Source: Octopus vulgaris (taxonomy: Eukaryota). Taken from it: a DNA stretch of 64,000 bases. Where the stretch lies: assembly GCA_951406725.2 (NCBI GenBank), contig OX597831.1:59024001-59088000 (forward strand). Direction: 5' to 3'. The notes beneath the pieces were generated by a model. That model was not told where the DNA came from. It saw only the letters and a list, made by a program, of their open reading frames with translations, and searched no databases. Shown here in pieces: positions 23,187-37,274 of this stretch. A program made the position numbers and the translations under genes. Position 1 is the stretch's first letter, and each line of letters starts with the position of its first letter.

Positions 23187-23555
23187 GGTAAAATTAATTA
23201 ATTAAAAAGTAATCAGTAATTTCACCAAGTAGAATTCGGCATAAAAAACCAATTCATGCTAAGCTTAAGTAATACTTTATAAACAGGGTTCAGCAAAGAT
23301 TTGCTTCACCACATACCGAAATTTAGAAATAGCAGTCAAAAAATCAAGTATTTTGATTTTTCTGGGAGCCCCTTTGAAAGTAGAAGGAATAGCTAAGTTT
23401 TTTTTACTGTTATTTCTAAATTTCGGTATGTGGTGAAGCAAATCTTTGCTGAACCCTATTTATAAAGTATTACTTAAGCTTAACATGAAATGATCTTTCA
23501 TGCCGAATTATACTTGGTGAAATTACTGATTACTTTTTAATTAATTAATTTTACC
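23187..23555. mobile_element. Fold-back module, arms about 23187-23343 / 23398-23555
   Basis: About 157-bp near-perfect inverted repeat adjoining (TA)n. Confidence 0.85.
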
Positions 23556-23557
23556 TT

Positions 23558-23662
<105 letters not shown>

Positions 23663-23944
23663 CGTGTGTGTGTGTATGTAAATATCTCCGCTGAAACGAG
23701 AAATGGGGATATATAATAAAGAAAGAAACTTCCAAATTAATTAAAGGAATCTCTGATCGTCCTTGGACATAGACCAAGTATACAAGATCAGTTCTTTGGC
23801 TTCTCTAACTGTTTTTCCTTCTATCCTTTCCGTTCGGTTTATGTGCGCGCACGTCCTAACACGCAAATATATATATATATTATATGTACACACCCAGACA
23901 CACTACACACAGACACACACTAACACAAGCTCATATATAATATA

Positions 23945-24018
<74 letters not shown>

Positions 24019-24721
24019 CGCATATATGTATTCTGTTTGTTTTGTTGATCTCACTACTCCTTGCTCATCTAATAATGTAAGAGTCACTAAAACTTTGAAT
24101 ATTGAAGTGGCTTATATATTGTATAATAATTAATATTTTAGATTGAATACAGCAGTTTGATAAATAAAAGTTCCTAAAGGGACAGCAATGCACACTTGAC
24201 TGTATTAAGTTGAAAGTAAATTCAGTGCTGACATAAGCGTTATTATACGTTGTATGAGAATGCGTGTTCAAGAAATCAGATGAAAATCGATAACATAATG
24301 CATTCTGGTGGCGTTGATAGCATTAATTTGATCAGAGAGTAGCTACCACTCATATATATTCTTCCTTAGGAAATCGATATTAACATTAGCAAGTAGAAAG
24401 TTTTGAACCAAACTTCCCAATCTCTACTTGAAAATTGTAAGAAAACTACAGAGAAAACAAAATAATACAAACAAATTGATCACACAAGAAATTAGTCCAA
24501 AAGACAAATCAATGAGAGACAACCTTTCAAATATATCGTCCCTTGATTCATTGATTCATTGTTTTATTCAAGCGAATTTTTACGATAACCCGCGAGGACT
24601 ACACGGGAATGTTTTCTAACATGGAGGCGAGCACATTTATCCATATGATCGGCTTTAAATATTGTTAAAACACTATATTTCCCTACTTTTCTTAATATGA
24701 CACCAATAGTAGGCTTAATTC

Positions 24722-24810
<89 letters not shown>
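24722..24810. repeat. (TCTA)n microsatellite
   Basis: Direct inspection. Confidence 0.95.
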
Positions 24811-24861
24811 ACTGTCTGTCTTTCTATTGATCTACGTATGTATATATATATATATATATAT

Positions 24862-24981
24862 TATTATATTAAATTAGAGATAAAACCATTATTAGGCAAA
24901 TTTAAACAATGAATAATATATGGCGTGTCCTAGAACACCGGCGATAATAATTAATTTTATTGTATCGCATTTGACTTTGTT

Positions 24982-25049
<68 letters not shown>

Positions 25050-25232
25050 TAAATTAGAGATAAAACCACTATTAGGCAAATTCAAACAATGAAAAACTTA
25101 AGCCAATTCAAAAAATTAATTAATTAAAAATTAATTAATTAAAAAAGTATTAAAAGTTTAATATATAAAATTGGATTCAATCCTAAATCTGATTTTACTG
25201 TAAGCTGTAAGTTTGGATTAATTCCCTAATAT

Positions 25233-25236
<4 letters not shown>
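24862..25236. repeat. Two direct copies of a pLTR-like terminus, each after (TA)n
   Basis: attatattaaattagagataaaacca-tattaggcaaatt-aaacaatgaa at about 24863 and 25043. Confidence 0.75.
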
Positions 25237-25269
<33 letters not shown>

Positions 25270-25273
<4 letters not shown>

Positions 25274-25843
25274 CAGGTCACTTTCGAGTGCTACTGGTAA
25301 CATGTAACCCAGTACAACCTGTTGCATGGTCGGGTCATCGGCGACTAAACCAGCAACCCCACCAAGCTTGGTTGGTGAGGAGGGTGTTTATTGGTCACCC
25401 CGTGGGATGAAAAACAAAACCCGTCAAAGGACGGAGGAACACTTGAGAGTCAACGGCCATCCAATACATGTGTATTTATTTTTTCTCTTAAGGCTTAAAG
25501 GTTTATCATGCGCGGAGACATAGAAATAATCGGACTGAATACCCGATCGCGCAGTTAAACCATTGGGAGTGAAGGACTCCTAGCTTTTGTTAGGGCATCC
25601 TTCTGGGAGAAGGTAACTCAGGTAACTGGGATAACTCCGAAATAAAACCTGCGGCTCAGTGGTTACCGATGTTGACTTGTTCTTCTTTTCGGATTATGAC
25701 TGCTGTTGCTTAGTGAGTGACATTGACTCAGCGCACAGCCTTTCCGCACTTTAAAAAAGGTCTTCTTGCACAGGCATTGCACGATAACAACATTGATTAA
25801 GCTTCGCGCAATGGCCATACTCGATAACGAGGGGCAGCCACCA
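25270..25843 (+). mobile_element. GC-richer interspersed repeat, probably RTE 5'UTR-related, in (TA)n
   Basis: Compositional island with ggagaaggtaactc...aaacc resembling RTE/BovB 5' UTRs (from memory, not searched). Confidence 0.45.
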
Positions 25844-26178
25844 TATATATGTTAGCGTTCCGTTTTTCACTCGAGTGTGTTAGTATTAATGTGGTAACAT
25901 CGTAGATTTCGTCTTGGTATATGTTTGGCTGAAGAAGGTAAAGCAAAATATGGGTGAGAGACATATCTTGCAAAACCTGAAACCTGCAGGTACCACATTA
26001 TCCATTTTCCGGGTGTTTCATCTTTCAGATGTTCTCCCTGGAGGTAAGACGGGTTTTTTCTCTATTTTGTTGCACACACGCATTTTTGCTAATACATACG
26101 CGGTGAAGCTACACTTTAGCGTCGTATTTTTACGTTCGCTATTTCAGTAAATATCGGTATAGTTGTACCATTTATTTA

Positions 26179-26224
<46 letters not shown>

Positions 26225-26319
26225 TATATACCATATTGAATCGAAAACGCAAAAACGACTTTACTGAATTATTATGCTCTGTACTATATAATATCTTGGT
26301 TATTTTTTTCTCCTTTCAG

Positions 26320-26600
26320 TTTACTTTGGCACGACAGCAACGCGACTGTCATCGAAATATGAGAACCTCATTGAAGGCTGCGTTAGAAATGATATCTTCA
26401 CACTTTGAAGCAGCAAAGTGTATTGGATTAATGAAATGAAAATAAGTAATTCATTCAGAGCCAGAATATTTGAAAGACTAATTTTGAAGACATGGGCGTT
26501 GATACAATTCGTAATATCACTTCTTGCATGCAACACTGTATGTAAAAAGCGTCAATATAAACCACCCACCTCATGGAGAAAGAGAGGCGCGTGCGATTTA
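26320..26600 (+). pseudogene. Decayed hAT transposase fragment
   Basis: LARQQRDCHRNMRTSLKAALEMI...INEMKISNSFRARIFERL resembles the hAT HRxxL...VNxIK...RxF region. Confidence 0.4.
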
Positions 26601-27158
26601 AATTAATGTTTTGGTAAAAATGTAAATACTTAAAACAGGAAATTAAAAATGCAATAAAAGACATGAAAATATATGTAAGGTTAAACCATAACACAGTAGT
26701 GAAAAGTAAGCCATTACTATACAGGCAAGTACATATATATGTATGTACATGGTGCATAAGCTATTTGAGAGAGATTTGTGTTTATAAAAGATAATAGATA
26801 ATAAATTTATTTATCAAAAAATGGTATGAGGATAAAAATAAACCTTCTTTTCTATAAATTGATTCAATAAACCCACCTTCAGCTCAGCTCAAAAACTGCT
26901 TCTATATGGGATCTAAATCATGTACATGCTCAGATCAAGAGGTCCTGGTGCATTTTGGTGTTATGTGCTTGTTCCTTGACCTCTCTCACAATAACGCTTC
27001 ATATGCAATAGTCAAATGGATTGAGATCCGTGGAATTAGGAGGCCAACTGTTAGGAGTTATCACGCCATTATTATTTTGTGGCACAAAAATTACACAGAT
27101 TAAGCAAAACATGCCATAATGATTCCAAAACTTATGTCCTTAAATACTTTACGCACCC

Positions 27159-27196
<38 letters not shown>

Positions 27197-27228
27197 TGTG
27201 TGTGTGTGTGTGAATGTATGAATGTACG

Positions 27229-27260
<32 letters not shown>

Positions 27261-27611
27261 CAACTTATAAATAAGGGCAAACGAAAAAATTTCTAATGCC
27301 AAATATGCCGAAAATTGGACACATTATCCATTTACCATATAATTTTTCCAGTACGCACTCGAAAAAAGGTCGACAGAAATCTGTAAAAAATTCCATTATT
27401 ACCATATCGGACCGATTTCAGGGTTAGTTCAAAAATGAACCCTCCCTTCGTCAGTGATACATGTGGCAAAGAAGTAAATGAGATACTTACTTATAAATGA
27501 GATACTTACTTCGTTTGCCCTTAAGTTGTTTATAATTTAACCTTTAATTGTATTTTTTAATATGCTGGCCATTGATAACATTTTTTTTTCGAAAAAACTT
27601 TATCCTACATT

Positions 27612-27612
<1 letters not shown>
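27261..27612 (-). mobile_element. pLTR-like module with hammerhead and short inverted terminus, between (TA)n tracts
   Basis: acaactta...taagggcaaacgaa (27261-27286) is inverted at 27510-27529; contains a hammerhead. Confidence 0.7.
27400..27459 (-). ncRNA. Type-I hammerhead ribozyme
   Basis: Reverse complement: tatca-CTGACGA-aggg..gttca(tttt)tgaac..ccct-GAAA-tcggtccga-TA-tggta; canonical core and all three stems. Confidence 0.85.
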
Positions 27613-27692
<80 letters not shown>

Positions 27693-29919
27693 TAGAGATA
27701 ATTAGAGGGAAAGCTAGATAGATAGATAGATAAATAGAGTGATAGAAACCGAATTACAAATTAATGCAATGACAAGTGCACAAGAATGCGAATTCATTAG
27801 CTTATTGCTGTTTCTGTTATAACAACCAATGCACTACAAGATCAGTGCTTATATATTATACATGCGTACAGTGAGTTCTAACAACAGCCTATAAATATCA
27901 CTATGCGTATATATATATATATATATATGAAGACATTATTAATATTTCATTACACATATATTTGTATGTGTGTGTATATGTATATATAACATTAAAAAGA
28001 ATGGCTTTATTATTTATTTATTATACACACGTAAAGGTATACATTCTGTAATATATATTATCTCTTCTCACCTTTCAGAAAGGTAGAAAAATTATTTACA
28101 TTAAGAACTCAAATGTAGATGTTAGCCACATATGCATTTAAAAAATAAAGAAATATTATTTCGTCTTGTTTTTATGATAGATTTTTAAATATAAACACAC
28201 ACACAATCATACACACTCGCAAACATACACACACACAATAATTTATTTGATTCAGTGAACCGTAACAGTAACTGACTGAAACAATGCGATTCATAATATA
28301 TGCACCTTGTTTTGTGATACCATCATAGTTCTCTCGTTGTGCTTAAGGATGTATACCAACTGATACAGATAGTATCGTGGGTAAAACGTAAACTTCGTAT
28401 TGGTCAGTACAAATTTCTTGTTTACATGTTACATCTTGGTTTTATCGCAGAAGTGTTTAATGAAGTGTGCAATAACGAAAATACTGAAAGGAGTTAATGA
28501 AGGGATTGCATAACAGAATAAACATACGCAAATGTATTACGAGTTTAAAGGGTTAAAGTGAGTTACATAAGTGTGTTAGTTAGTTGGAAGTTTCTTGTCT
28601 GCTCTCTCCATATTAATCTTGCAAAACAATGAATAATATTTCGCACAAAGTGGTGAATTTTCTTCATCTATTATAACAGAAATTTGTTTTTGTACCAAAA
28701 CAGTACCTGCTCACACATACTGTTTGTGATCGTACAGCAATTTTTTAAATAATTGCTTCCACAATTCACCACGTTATTCTCATTTGTCTATAGTCTTAAC
28801 GTAGTTTCCATTCCGACTGTTTAAAACAAATTTGTTACTTCTGATTATCGCTTCGCTGTGATCAGAAATTTAGCATAACTGACACGATGCTGAAATTACA
28901 AATTACGGAAATAGTGCCCATATGTACACTTTACCAACTCTATCTCTGTTACTTAAGTGGAACTTCACTACGACACATATACACAGTGTTGGATGTGAGA
29001 AAACAAAATTAAAACCCAAACCTGTCGAATCGTGGTATTAATAAGTACTGATGTAACGCAAACTATCTCTTACATGCCTTTTACTCCTTATCTTACATGA
29101 ATAGTTTCTGTCAATGTAACAGTGTAATTCTTAATATTCTTAATTGTATGCAATTCTGGTTGGATCGGTTTTTTCCTAGGATGGATTTATTATGTAATTA
29201 ATTTCACACGCACACATGTATAGCAGAATTCTAATATTGGAGTAAAATGCTTAGCGGTATTTTGCATGCCTATACGTTTTGAGTTCAATATCCACCAAAG
29301 TTGACTCTGCTTTTTTTTTATATTACTAGGCACTTTTGACCCCTCTACAAATTCCTTTTCGGAAAGGATGTTGCAGACCCACTTGAATAATGCACACATC
29401 TGTACATAGATTACAGTTTGTGACTGTACTTAGTAGGGTTACGATATAGTGATCTTGATTTAAGCGATTGTAGACAAATCCTTCTCGCACTAATGGCCTT
29501 TTTTTGTTGATTCATTTTCCTGGAGAGGCTCGGTAGAATAACTATTGTTTTAAATCTGTGCATTATCTATTTTGTCTCAGTGCGACTAGCATTCTCGATC
29601 GCCCAGATATTCACTCAACAATATGAACTATTCTTTCCCACAAAACATAAATATCCGTGTGTGTGTGTGTGTTCTATAACAAAAGTCTAAGCTTTAAGTC
29701 AAACAAATTGCCGTAAACATGAACTCTGTATCCATCATATATATACAGACTTTTCTTGTTTTGTTGAAATTTCGTATCTAAAAGAAGCTGTTCCTGAATT
29801 CTCTCGTTTTGCAAACTGTATTATCAAAACATGTATCGTGTAATTTTCCCTGCATTATTATGCACACCAGTTTAGTTGATATATATTTTGAGGGTATTTA
29901 AAAATATTAGTGGACATTA

Positions 29920-30660
29920 TATCAGGTCAATCCTTACGTTTTGTCCGAAATTTGAATAAAGAAAACAAGTGATCAAATGTTATATTTAATTGAAATTTAA
30001 TCATTTTACTTTCCCTGATTATCTATGGCTTCCTTCCATCTATTTGCAAACTTTTTAATACCATCAATGTAAAACTCTTTTGGTTTCAAAGCGAAGAACT
30101 CTGAAATGTCAGTTTCGATCTCCTGGCTTGCGAAATTTATGTTTGCAAATGATTCTGTAAATAGGAAATAAATGGTAGTCTGAAAGAGCAACGTCGGGAG
30201 AATAAGGTGGATGAGGAATATTTTCCCAACCGAGCTCTTTGATCTTCTGTGATATGATCTTTGCAGTGTGGTGTCGCGCATTGTCCTGATGAAACATCAC
30301 TCCTCGATTCACTAAAGCAGGTTTTTCTTTCTTCAAAGCTTGGATCAAACGCTCTAATTGCTGACAATTGACTTGAGCATTGATTGTTGCGTTAGGTAGT
30401 AACAATCCAAAGTGAATTACTCCTTTGCAATCCCACAAGATAGCGGGAAGAACCTTTTTACCATGAAGTTCCCTTCTCGGTTGTGATTGAGCTTTTCCAT
30501 TTTACTAAGTCACTCTTTACAACGTTTAACATTTCGATAGAAGATACATTTTCCATCACCAGTCACAAGTCTATCCATAAAGGGTGAAATGAGTTTGTTA
30601 GAATGAAGAGAAAAGTAGATGTTAACTCGAGATCTGCCGTTGCTTTCAGACAATTCATGA
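29920..30660 (-). mobile_element. Mariner transposase pseudogene (3' half)
   Basis: LVTGDGKCIFY, WDCKGVIHFGLL, FHQDNARHH, PHPPYSPDVALSDYHLF; frameshifted. Confidence 0.92.
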
Positions 30661-32077
30661 TTGTATTAAAATATAGAAAAAAGTGCATAAAATACATGTA
30701 TATATTTTATAAAATTAGTAGGAAGAAACGCAAGAACAACATAACTGAAACCTATTTATTAAGAATACAATAAATGTGATGTTTGGCGTAGAAAATACTG
30801 ATATAGCGAAATGAGCCCCACTGAGGGCTCACATTACTGGTTTCCATACGGTTATACTATACGAAATACGAATCTTTTCATCAACTGTGAAATGCTTGAT
30901 GTGATAACTCTCAGTCGTTGTTCACCACGTTTCGCGAAATTAACATACTCCTCTGTGAAGTTATAGAAAGATATCGCGTAATTTTCGATCAGAATTTGTT
31001 TTATAGACAGGGACAATTATCAAGCAGGTTACTTTGTTTCTTGCTTTCCTTTATAATTCGGAAACCTTAATATTTGTACTAGGTAGAGGACAAGAATCTA
31101 GGCTAGTATACACCTACTGACACTCAATACAAAGACGAACTGGAAATCGATACGTGTGAAATTATCTCATTATATATGGTAATCTAATATAATCTTGAAA
31201 GGATAAGATGGACCTTAATATCGCCAAACATTAGGATAACATGACTGACAAAAACGTGTATTGCAAGTATAAACTTTCATAATGTTTCTTATAATCAAAC
31301 ATTTCTGTATTTACATTGTTATATTCTGTATATTACTAAACTAATATCAACAACAAAACAGCATGTATCATCATTATCGTTTGTATGTCAGAAACATATG
31401 TTGAATATAAATAACATGTGTATAGCTTCACTAGTGAAATGAATTATAAGTCTTAATAAACACATACTTATTGCATGCTTCCATGTAAGCAAAAGGAATT
31501 GCATTAGATAGGAATGAATGATGCTTTCAACGCACATTAGAATGAATGATAGCAAAATCAGAATAAACCCTCTTAATAGACATTACTATGTCATCTGATA
31601 AAATAAATAGTCATTAGGATTATACGTTGTTGATTCATTCAAGATATCAATGATAATCCTGTTAAACAGTAACAAAGATTTATACTGACATTCTGTGCAG
31701 GAACGACAGCCATTTATCTTCATTTTGTGGAAACAAACTTGAAATTTTCACCCAGTCTTGTCTAGAACTTCAATCTATTAAATACATTTCTTAAACAATC
31801 ATCGGTTTTACTTCTATTAGAATGTATAGATTTAGACTATCGCTTGTATTATATGTCAAAATGATGTATTATAGAAATGATACGTTCACTAAAGTATCAG
31901 CCACTGCTTTCAGTTTAACAAATCCAAACAAAATGATTTATTTAAGTTACTCATTTACATAACTGCTCTTGCATGTTTGATTGCTATACAAAATTTTATT
32001 CATTTATATGTACCGCATGTATAATAATTACACTATAATACTACACTGAAATATACCTATTAAACCATTGAGTACTC

Positions 32078-32228
32078 TCTTTTACTCTTTTACTTGTTTC
32101 AGTCATTTGACTGCGGCCATGCTGGAGCACCGCCGTTAGTCGAGCAACTCGACCCCAGGACTTATTCTTTGTAAGTCCAGTACTTATTCTATCGGTCTCT
32201 TTTGCCGAACCGCTAAGTGACGGGGACA
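32078..32228 (-). mobile_element. SINE family A 3' part
   Basis: Near-identical to 19775-19923. Confidence 0.88.
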
Positions 32229-32514
32229 AATGTCGTTAAATCTTAATTTAGGTCATATGTAATTCCTATAGTATCGGCGGTATGCAGTTTAAAAATGAAA
32301 GTTTTTATGCTTAATATTGCTTAATATTTTTACATCTGAATATTTCAAATAATAAAACCCCAAAAAAACCGCTTGCACATGGACTCTAAAATGTATTGAG
32401 TGTCCTTCGGAAAGAAGGTACATCGTATATTCGAAAAGAGACACAGGCAATTGTGATTTGTAGGCAATGAGTGTTATAGACTATATTAATTTTCCTGAAT
32501 ATTGAAAGGATAAG

Positions 32515-32630
32515 TCAGTGAGTAAGTGTGTGAGTGAGTGAATGACTGACTGACTGACTGACCGACCGACTGACCGACTGACTGACTAACTAACTTACTA
32601 ACTAACTAACTAACTGACTAACTAACTAAC
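32515..32630. repeat. (TGAG)/(TGAC)/(TAAC)n tetranucleotide array
   Basis: Direct inspection. Confidence 0.9.
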
Positions 32631-32695
32631 CTAGAAACAATTTCTAGATTAAGTAAGACCCTAATACTTAATATATATACATATATATTGTTGTT

Positions 32696-33002
32696 GTGAA
32701 GGCACATGGCTCAGAGGTTGTGAGTTCGAATCCCGGACCGGGCTGCATGTTGTGTTCTTGAGTAAGACACTTTATTTCACGTTCCTCCAGTTCACTCAGC
32801 AATAGAAATGAGTTGCGACATCACAGGTGCCAAGCTCTATCGGCCTTTGCCTTTCCCTTGGATAACAGTGGTGTGGAGAGGGGAGGCTGGTATGCATGGG
32901 CGACTGCTAGCCTTCCATAAACAACCTTGCCCGGCCTTGTACCTCGGAGGGTAACTTCCTATGTGTAATCCCATGGCCATTCATGATCGAAGGGGGTCTT
33001 CC
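32696..33002 (+). mobile_element. tRNA-derived SINE family B with target-site duplication
   Basis: A box tggctcag, B box gttcgaatcc; flanked by atattgttgttgt (about 32685-32697 and 33003-33015); homologous to 62709-63020. Confidence 0.88.
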
Positions 33003-33257
33003 ATATTGTTGTTGTAAGTTATTGTAATAGTCTTCGACCAAAATGAGTTTGCGATAAATAGAAATATATTTCGATAGTTGTAGACTCTATTTAATTAATT
33101 ATTTTGTCTCTTATAATTTTGCTGTTTGTAATTGTTATATAAATTTAATTGTAATTGTTATATAAATTTAATGCACACGCTGATAATGCATAGGCATTTC
33201 AATTAATATTTTACAATCCAGACGTCCTTTCACACGGAATTTCGTCTATCTTTAAAC

Positions 33258-33337
33258 CTTAGCTGATGAGATTATATGATTGAATTGAATTGGTTTTATA
33301 TCTAGTAATGTATATAAGTCGAAACAAATTGTTGGCT
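33258..33337 (+). ncRNA. Type-I hammerhead with long stem II and decayed stem I
   Basis: CTGATGA-gattatat...atataagtc-GAAA-caaattg-TT-ggct. Confidence 0.6.
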
Positions 33338-33577
33338 TTCTTGTTTTTTTAATGATTTTTTGTTATATTATATTATGCTTTATTCATAGAATATTATGTT
33401 ATATTGTAATATGAATAAATTATTGGATTGTCAATTATATCCCTCTAATTTATCGTTTGCAATTTGCATTATCCCCATATTTATGTGGTATTCAATCGAC
33501 GAATCAATGAGTTGGATGTTTGAGTCACCCCTTTCAAGGAATTCCTTTCTTTAGTTTGTTAATATATATATATATAT

Positions 33578-33740
33578 AGGGAGAGTTTACGAAACAAACA
33601 AACGACGAAGACAGGTGGTGTACAAAACAAACAGATGTATTAGTATAACGCTCAGGAATAGAAAAAGTCGCTTACGTTTCGAGCCTACGCTCATCTACAG
33701 AAAGCGACACAGAGAAAACAAGGAGAGAAAAAATGTAGGT
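33578..33740 (-). mobile_element. pLTR-like repeat with minimal HHR-like motif, between (TA)n tracts
   Basis: Reverse complement ctgtagatgagcgtaggctcgaaacgtaa; related to 35745-35845 and 59295-59493 (cgctcaggaa, cgtttcgagc). Confidence 0.6.
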
Positions 33741-33747
33741 GTATATG

Positions 33748-33812
<65 letters not shown>

Positions 33813-34671
33813 TACATGAGAAAAATTTACAGCATGTTATAAATGGGAGAGAGATAAAAGTAAGAAATATTTTAATATTATAGGTATAAAATAGCGGCTC
33901 ATAGGATATATAGTATTGTATATCGAATTGTGTTTGGAAGCCAGTGAATCAGCTTTTTATGCCGTCAAAACTACTGTTGTATAAATACAAAATGAATTTC
34001 ATAACATTATCAAATGTTAATGGGCTTCTCTACTCGTTTCAGTAAATTTCAGAGACGTATTATATTAAAAAAATATTAGTTGGGAATCATAACAGTATTT
34101 TCGCTTTAGTTTTAGTAAATCTTTTACGATTCCAGCATCAAGCAATCCTGTAGATCTATTTGCATTCACTTCAAACTTCTATCAAAGTATTATTAACAGG
34201 AAGTGCATTCGGATTTACAAGTGTGTGAATCTAGCGAAGCAACTCTAAATAGTCATTCAATGCACAAACTTACATAAATAAATCATACGCAATATTATAA
34301 TACGTACTTACATAAAACGTATAGCATATTTGTGTGTGCATTTGTGTTTGTTTGCATGTGTACATTAAATAATAGAGATAAACAAGCTATATGACATAAA
34401 TGGTGTAATGTAGGTTTTTTGCAATAGTACAAATACATATAGTATATTTCTACTTATTTTGTAATGTCGGATTTCTATATCAGTAGTCAGAAAAAGCAGC
34501 CAATATGATGAGATGTATTTCAAAGACGTGAGTTGCAACGAGTATGAATATTTGATAAGAAGGAAACATGTAAAACAAAGATAAGTATTAGCAATGTTGA
34601 AAATGTTATTTTCATAAAAATGTGTCTTATAACCTAAATAACGAGCAGATGCGCCAAAAGCTATATATGCA

Positions 34672-34790
34672 TATAATATAATATAATATATAATATAATA
34701 TAATATAATATAATATAATATAATATAATATAATATAATGTAATATAATATAATATAATATAATATAATATAATATAATATAATATAATG
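34672..34790. repeat. (TAATA)n pentanucleotide microsatellite
   Basis: Direct inspection. Confidence 0.95.
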
Positions 34791-35540
34791 GCTGTTTTGG
34801 TGTAGACTTTCTTCCAAAATGCATCAGCTCAAATTTCCCCTCGTTCCGTTGCATTTTGTTTTTGTCTACCCATTGACTAACAGCATATAGATCAAACTGG
34901 AGTTGAGTTCGGTCTTCTACTTCATTGATGATTTGCTGGAGTTTATTGTCATCACCAAATATTTACACTTTGCAGGAGCGGGCCGAAGACAGTCCCCTGA
35001 GGGACACCACTGGTGACATTTTCTGGGATTCAGTGAACTCCGTCGACCACATGTTGAGTTCTATTCGCTAGGACATACTTAATCCAATGTTTTCCACGGA
35101 TTCCAATATTTTGAGAGTAGGATATTATTGTCAATCCTGTCGACAGCTTTACTGAAGTCAAGATATATAACATCAGATTTCGAACCTCTTCCCAAGACTT
35201 TAAGTATATCATCAATGTGGTGTAAGAGCTGTGTTAGACAGTCCCTGCCACAGCGAAAGCCATGCTAATTTGCATTTAGGAGTTTGTGGGTCTCCAGGAA
35301 GTTAGCTATCTTTGATCTTACTACACTTTCAAACACTTTAATGAAGTGGGAGGTGGGTGAGATTGGGCGATAGTTGACTGCGAGGGATCTGTTTCCCTGT
35401 TTGAAAACCGGGATGACAGACTGGGATAGGAGCTTTTTCGGTATATAACCTGAGTCTAAAGAATTTCACCAGAGGAGGTTGGTCAGAGGTATTGGAAGTT
35501 GGTGTCTACGTTCCTTCATGAGATTAGCGGGGAATCTATC
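34790..35540 (-). mobile_element. CR1/L2-group LINE RT fragment
   Basis: Minus strand: NYRPISPTSHFIKVFE, HGFRCGRDCLTQL, YLDFSKAVD, SGVPQGTVFGPLL, FGDDNKL, NEGKFELMHFG. Confidence 0.9.
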
Positions 35541-35930
35541 AGGGCCTACAGCAGAATACTATTTGACCTCATTTATTGCTACTATGATGTCAGAGGCAGT
35601 GAAGGTTATGTCCGATATGTGATGTTGGGAATCAACTTCGTTCGCTTCTATTACGTTAATATCAGTGGGATCACTAAAGAGAGAGGAGTGTGGTTTCTGC
35701 AGTATTTCTGCCATTTCTTTAGTATTTATTTATGGCATATAGTTGGATGAAGACAGGTGTGTAAACAACAAACAGGTGTATTAGTTTAACGCTCGGGAAG
35801 AGGAGAAAGCCAAAGCTCTTCAACAGAAAGGAACACGAGAAAGCTTGAGTAGTTAGCTGTCAATCAATCAATCAATCAATCAATCAATATATATATATAT
35901 ATATATCTTCTAATTTATGATATGGGTAAC

Positions 35931-35979
<49 letters not shown>

Positions 35980-37127
35980 TATACACATATACATAAGCAC
36001 ATATATATATACATACGTATATCTTTATATATATCCATATATATACAAATACCTATGTACATATATATATATGCATATAAATATATATATGCATCTATAT
36101 ATACATCTATATAAATATATACACACATATATATATACATACATATAACTATATATACACACACACATATATATAAATATATATATATAGCTATATATTC
36201 ACACATATATATATAACTATACAAATACATATACACACAGACACGCAGGCGCACACACATATATTGTAAATAGTGGATGTCGTCTAATTATACGATTTTT
36301 GTGGTAAATGTTCAGTAAATCATACCTAAAAAAAAGAAGTGTCGTAACATGTTTTATATTCATATACCAGTTCTGTTAGAGCGAACATCGGTAATGTTAT
36401 TATTAATACTTCAACGTCTATTTTGAACCCTCACAATAGCAAGCAATCATGGTGTAAAAAACTCGTTGAAAGGAAATATTTATCGGTGGCAGAGGAACGT
36501 CGAGTGACAAATTCTAGTTTTAACATCCCAATACAAGTAGAAAATGAAACTTCCCAACTTCTCAAGTTCTCTTGCCTTTTATTCCGATGTATATATCATT
36601 AAAAAGTTATAACCATGGATAAAGCAAATGTGTAGGGCTGACACTGAGCGTATTTATATCTGTTAGGAATTATCTACTATAAATCGATTTAGTTTTCATA
36701 AAAATATTGGAAATCAATAGATTATTATACATCCTCTATGAACGTTAGCAGATACAAATTTCATGCAACATCTCCGGAATTATTAATTAAATAAATCTCT
36801 GAAAGTTATCACAAACATGGGTCGTTAAATTGCGGAGGCGAATACTTGTAGTTCCTTATCATGTTTATCATCAAAAACAGGTTTCAGTTACACCCTTACT
36901 CATACCAACCGACACACGTAAGCGTACTCACACACACACACACACACACACGTACGCACACACGCTTATGTATAAATATACAAATATACACATGCATTCA
37001 CATATGCACACACACCCTCACACATACATATATAAATACTTATAGATGTAAAATACAAAGATATATATACACGCATAGACACACATATATACATATATAT
37101 ATATAAATATATACATACATACATATA

Positions 37128-37179
<52 letters not shown>

Positions 37180-37274
37180 CATACATATATACTCATACAT
37201 ACACACACATATATGTATGTGCGTGTCTGTGTGTCTATAGATATGCATACAAGCACACACACTCAAGGACACAT

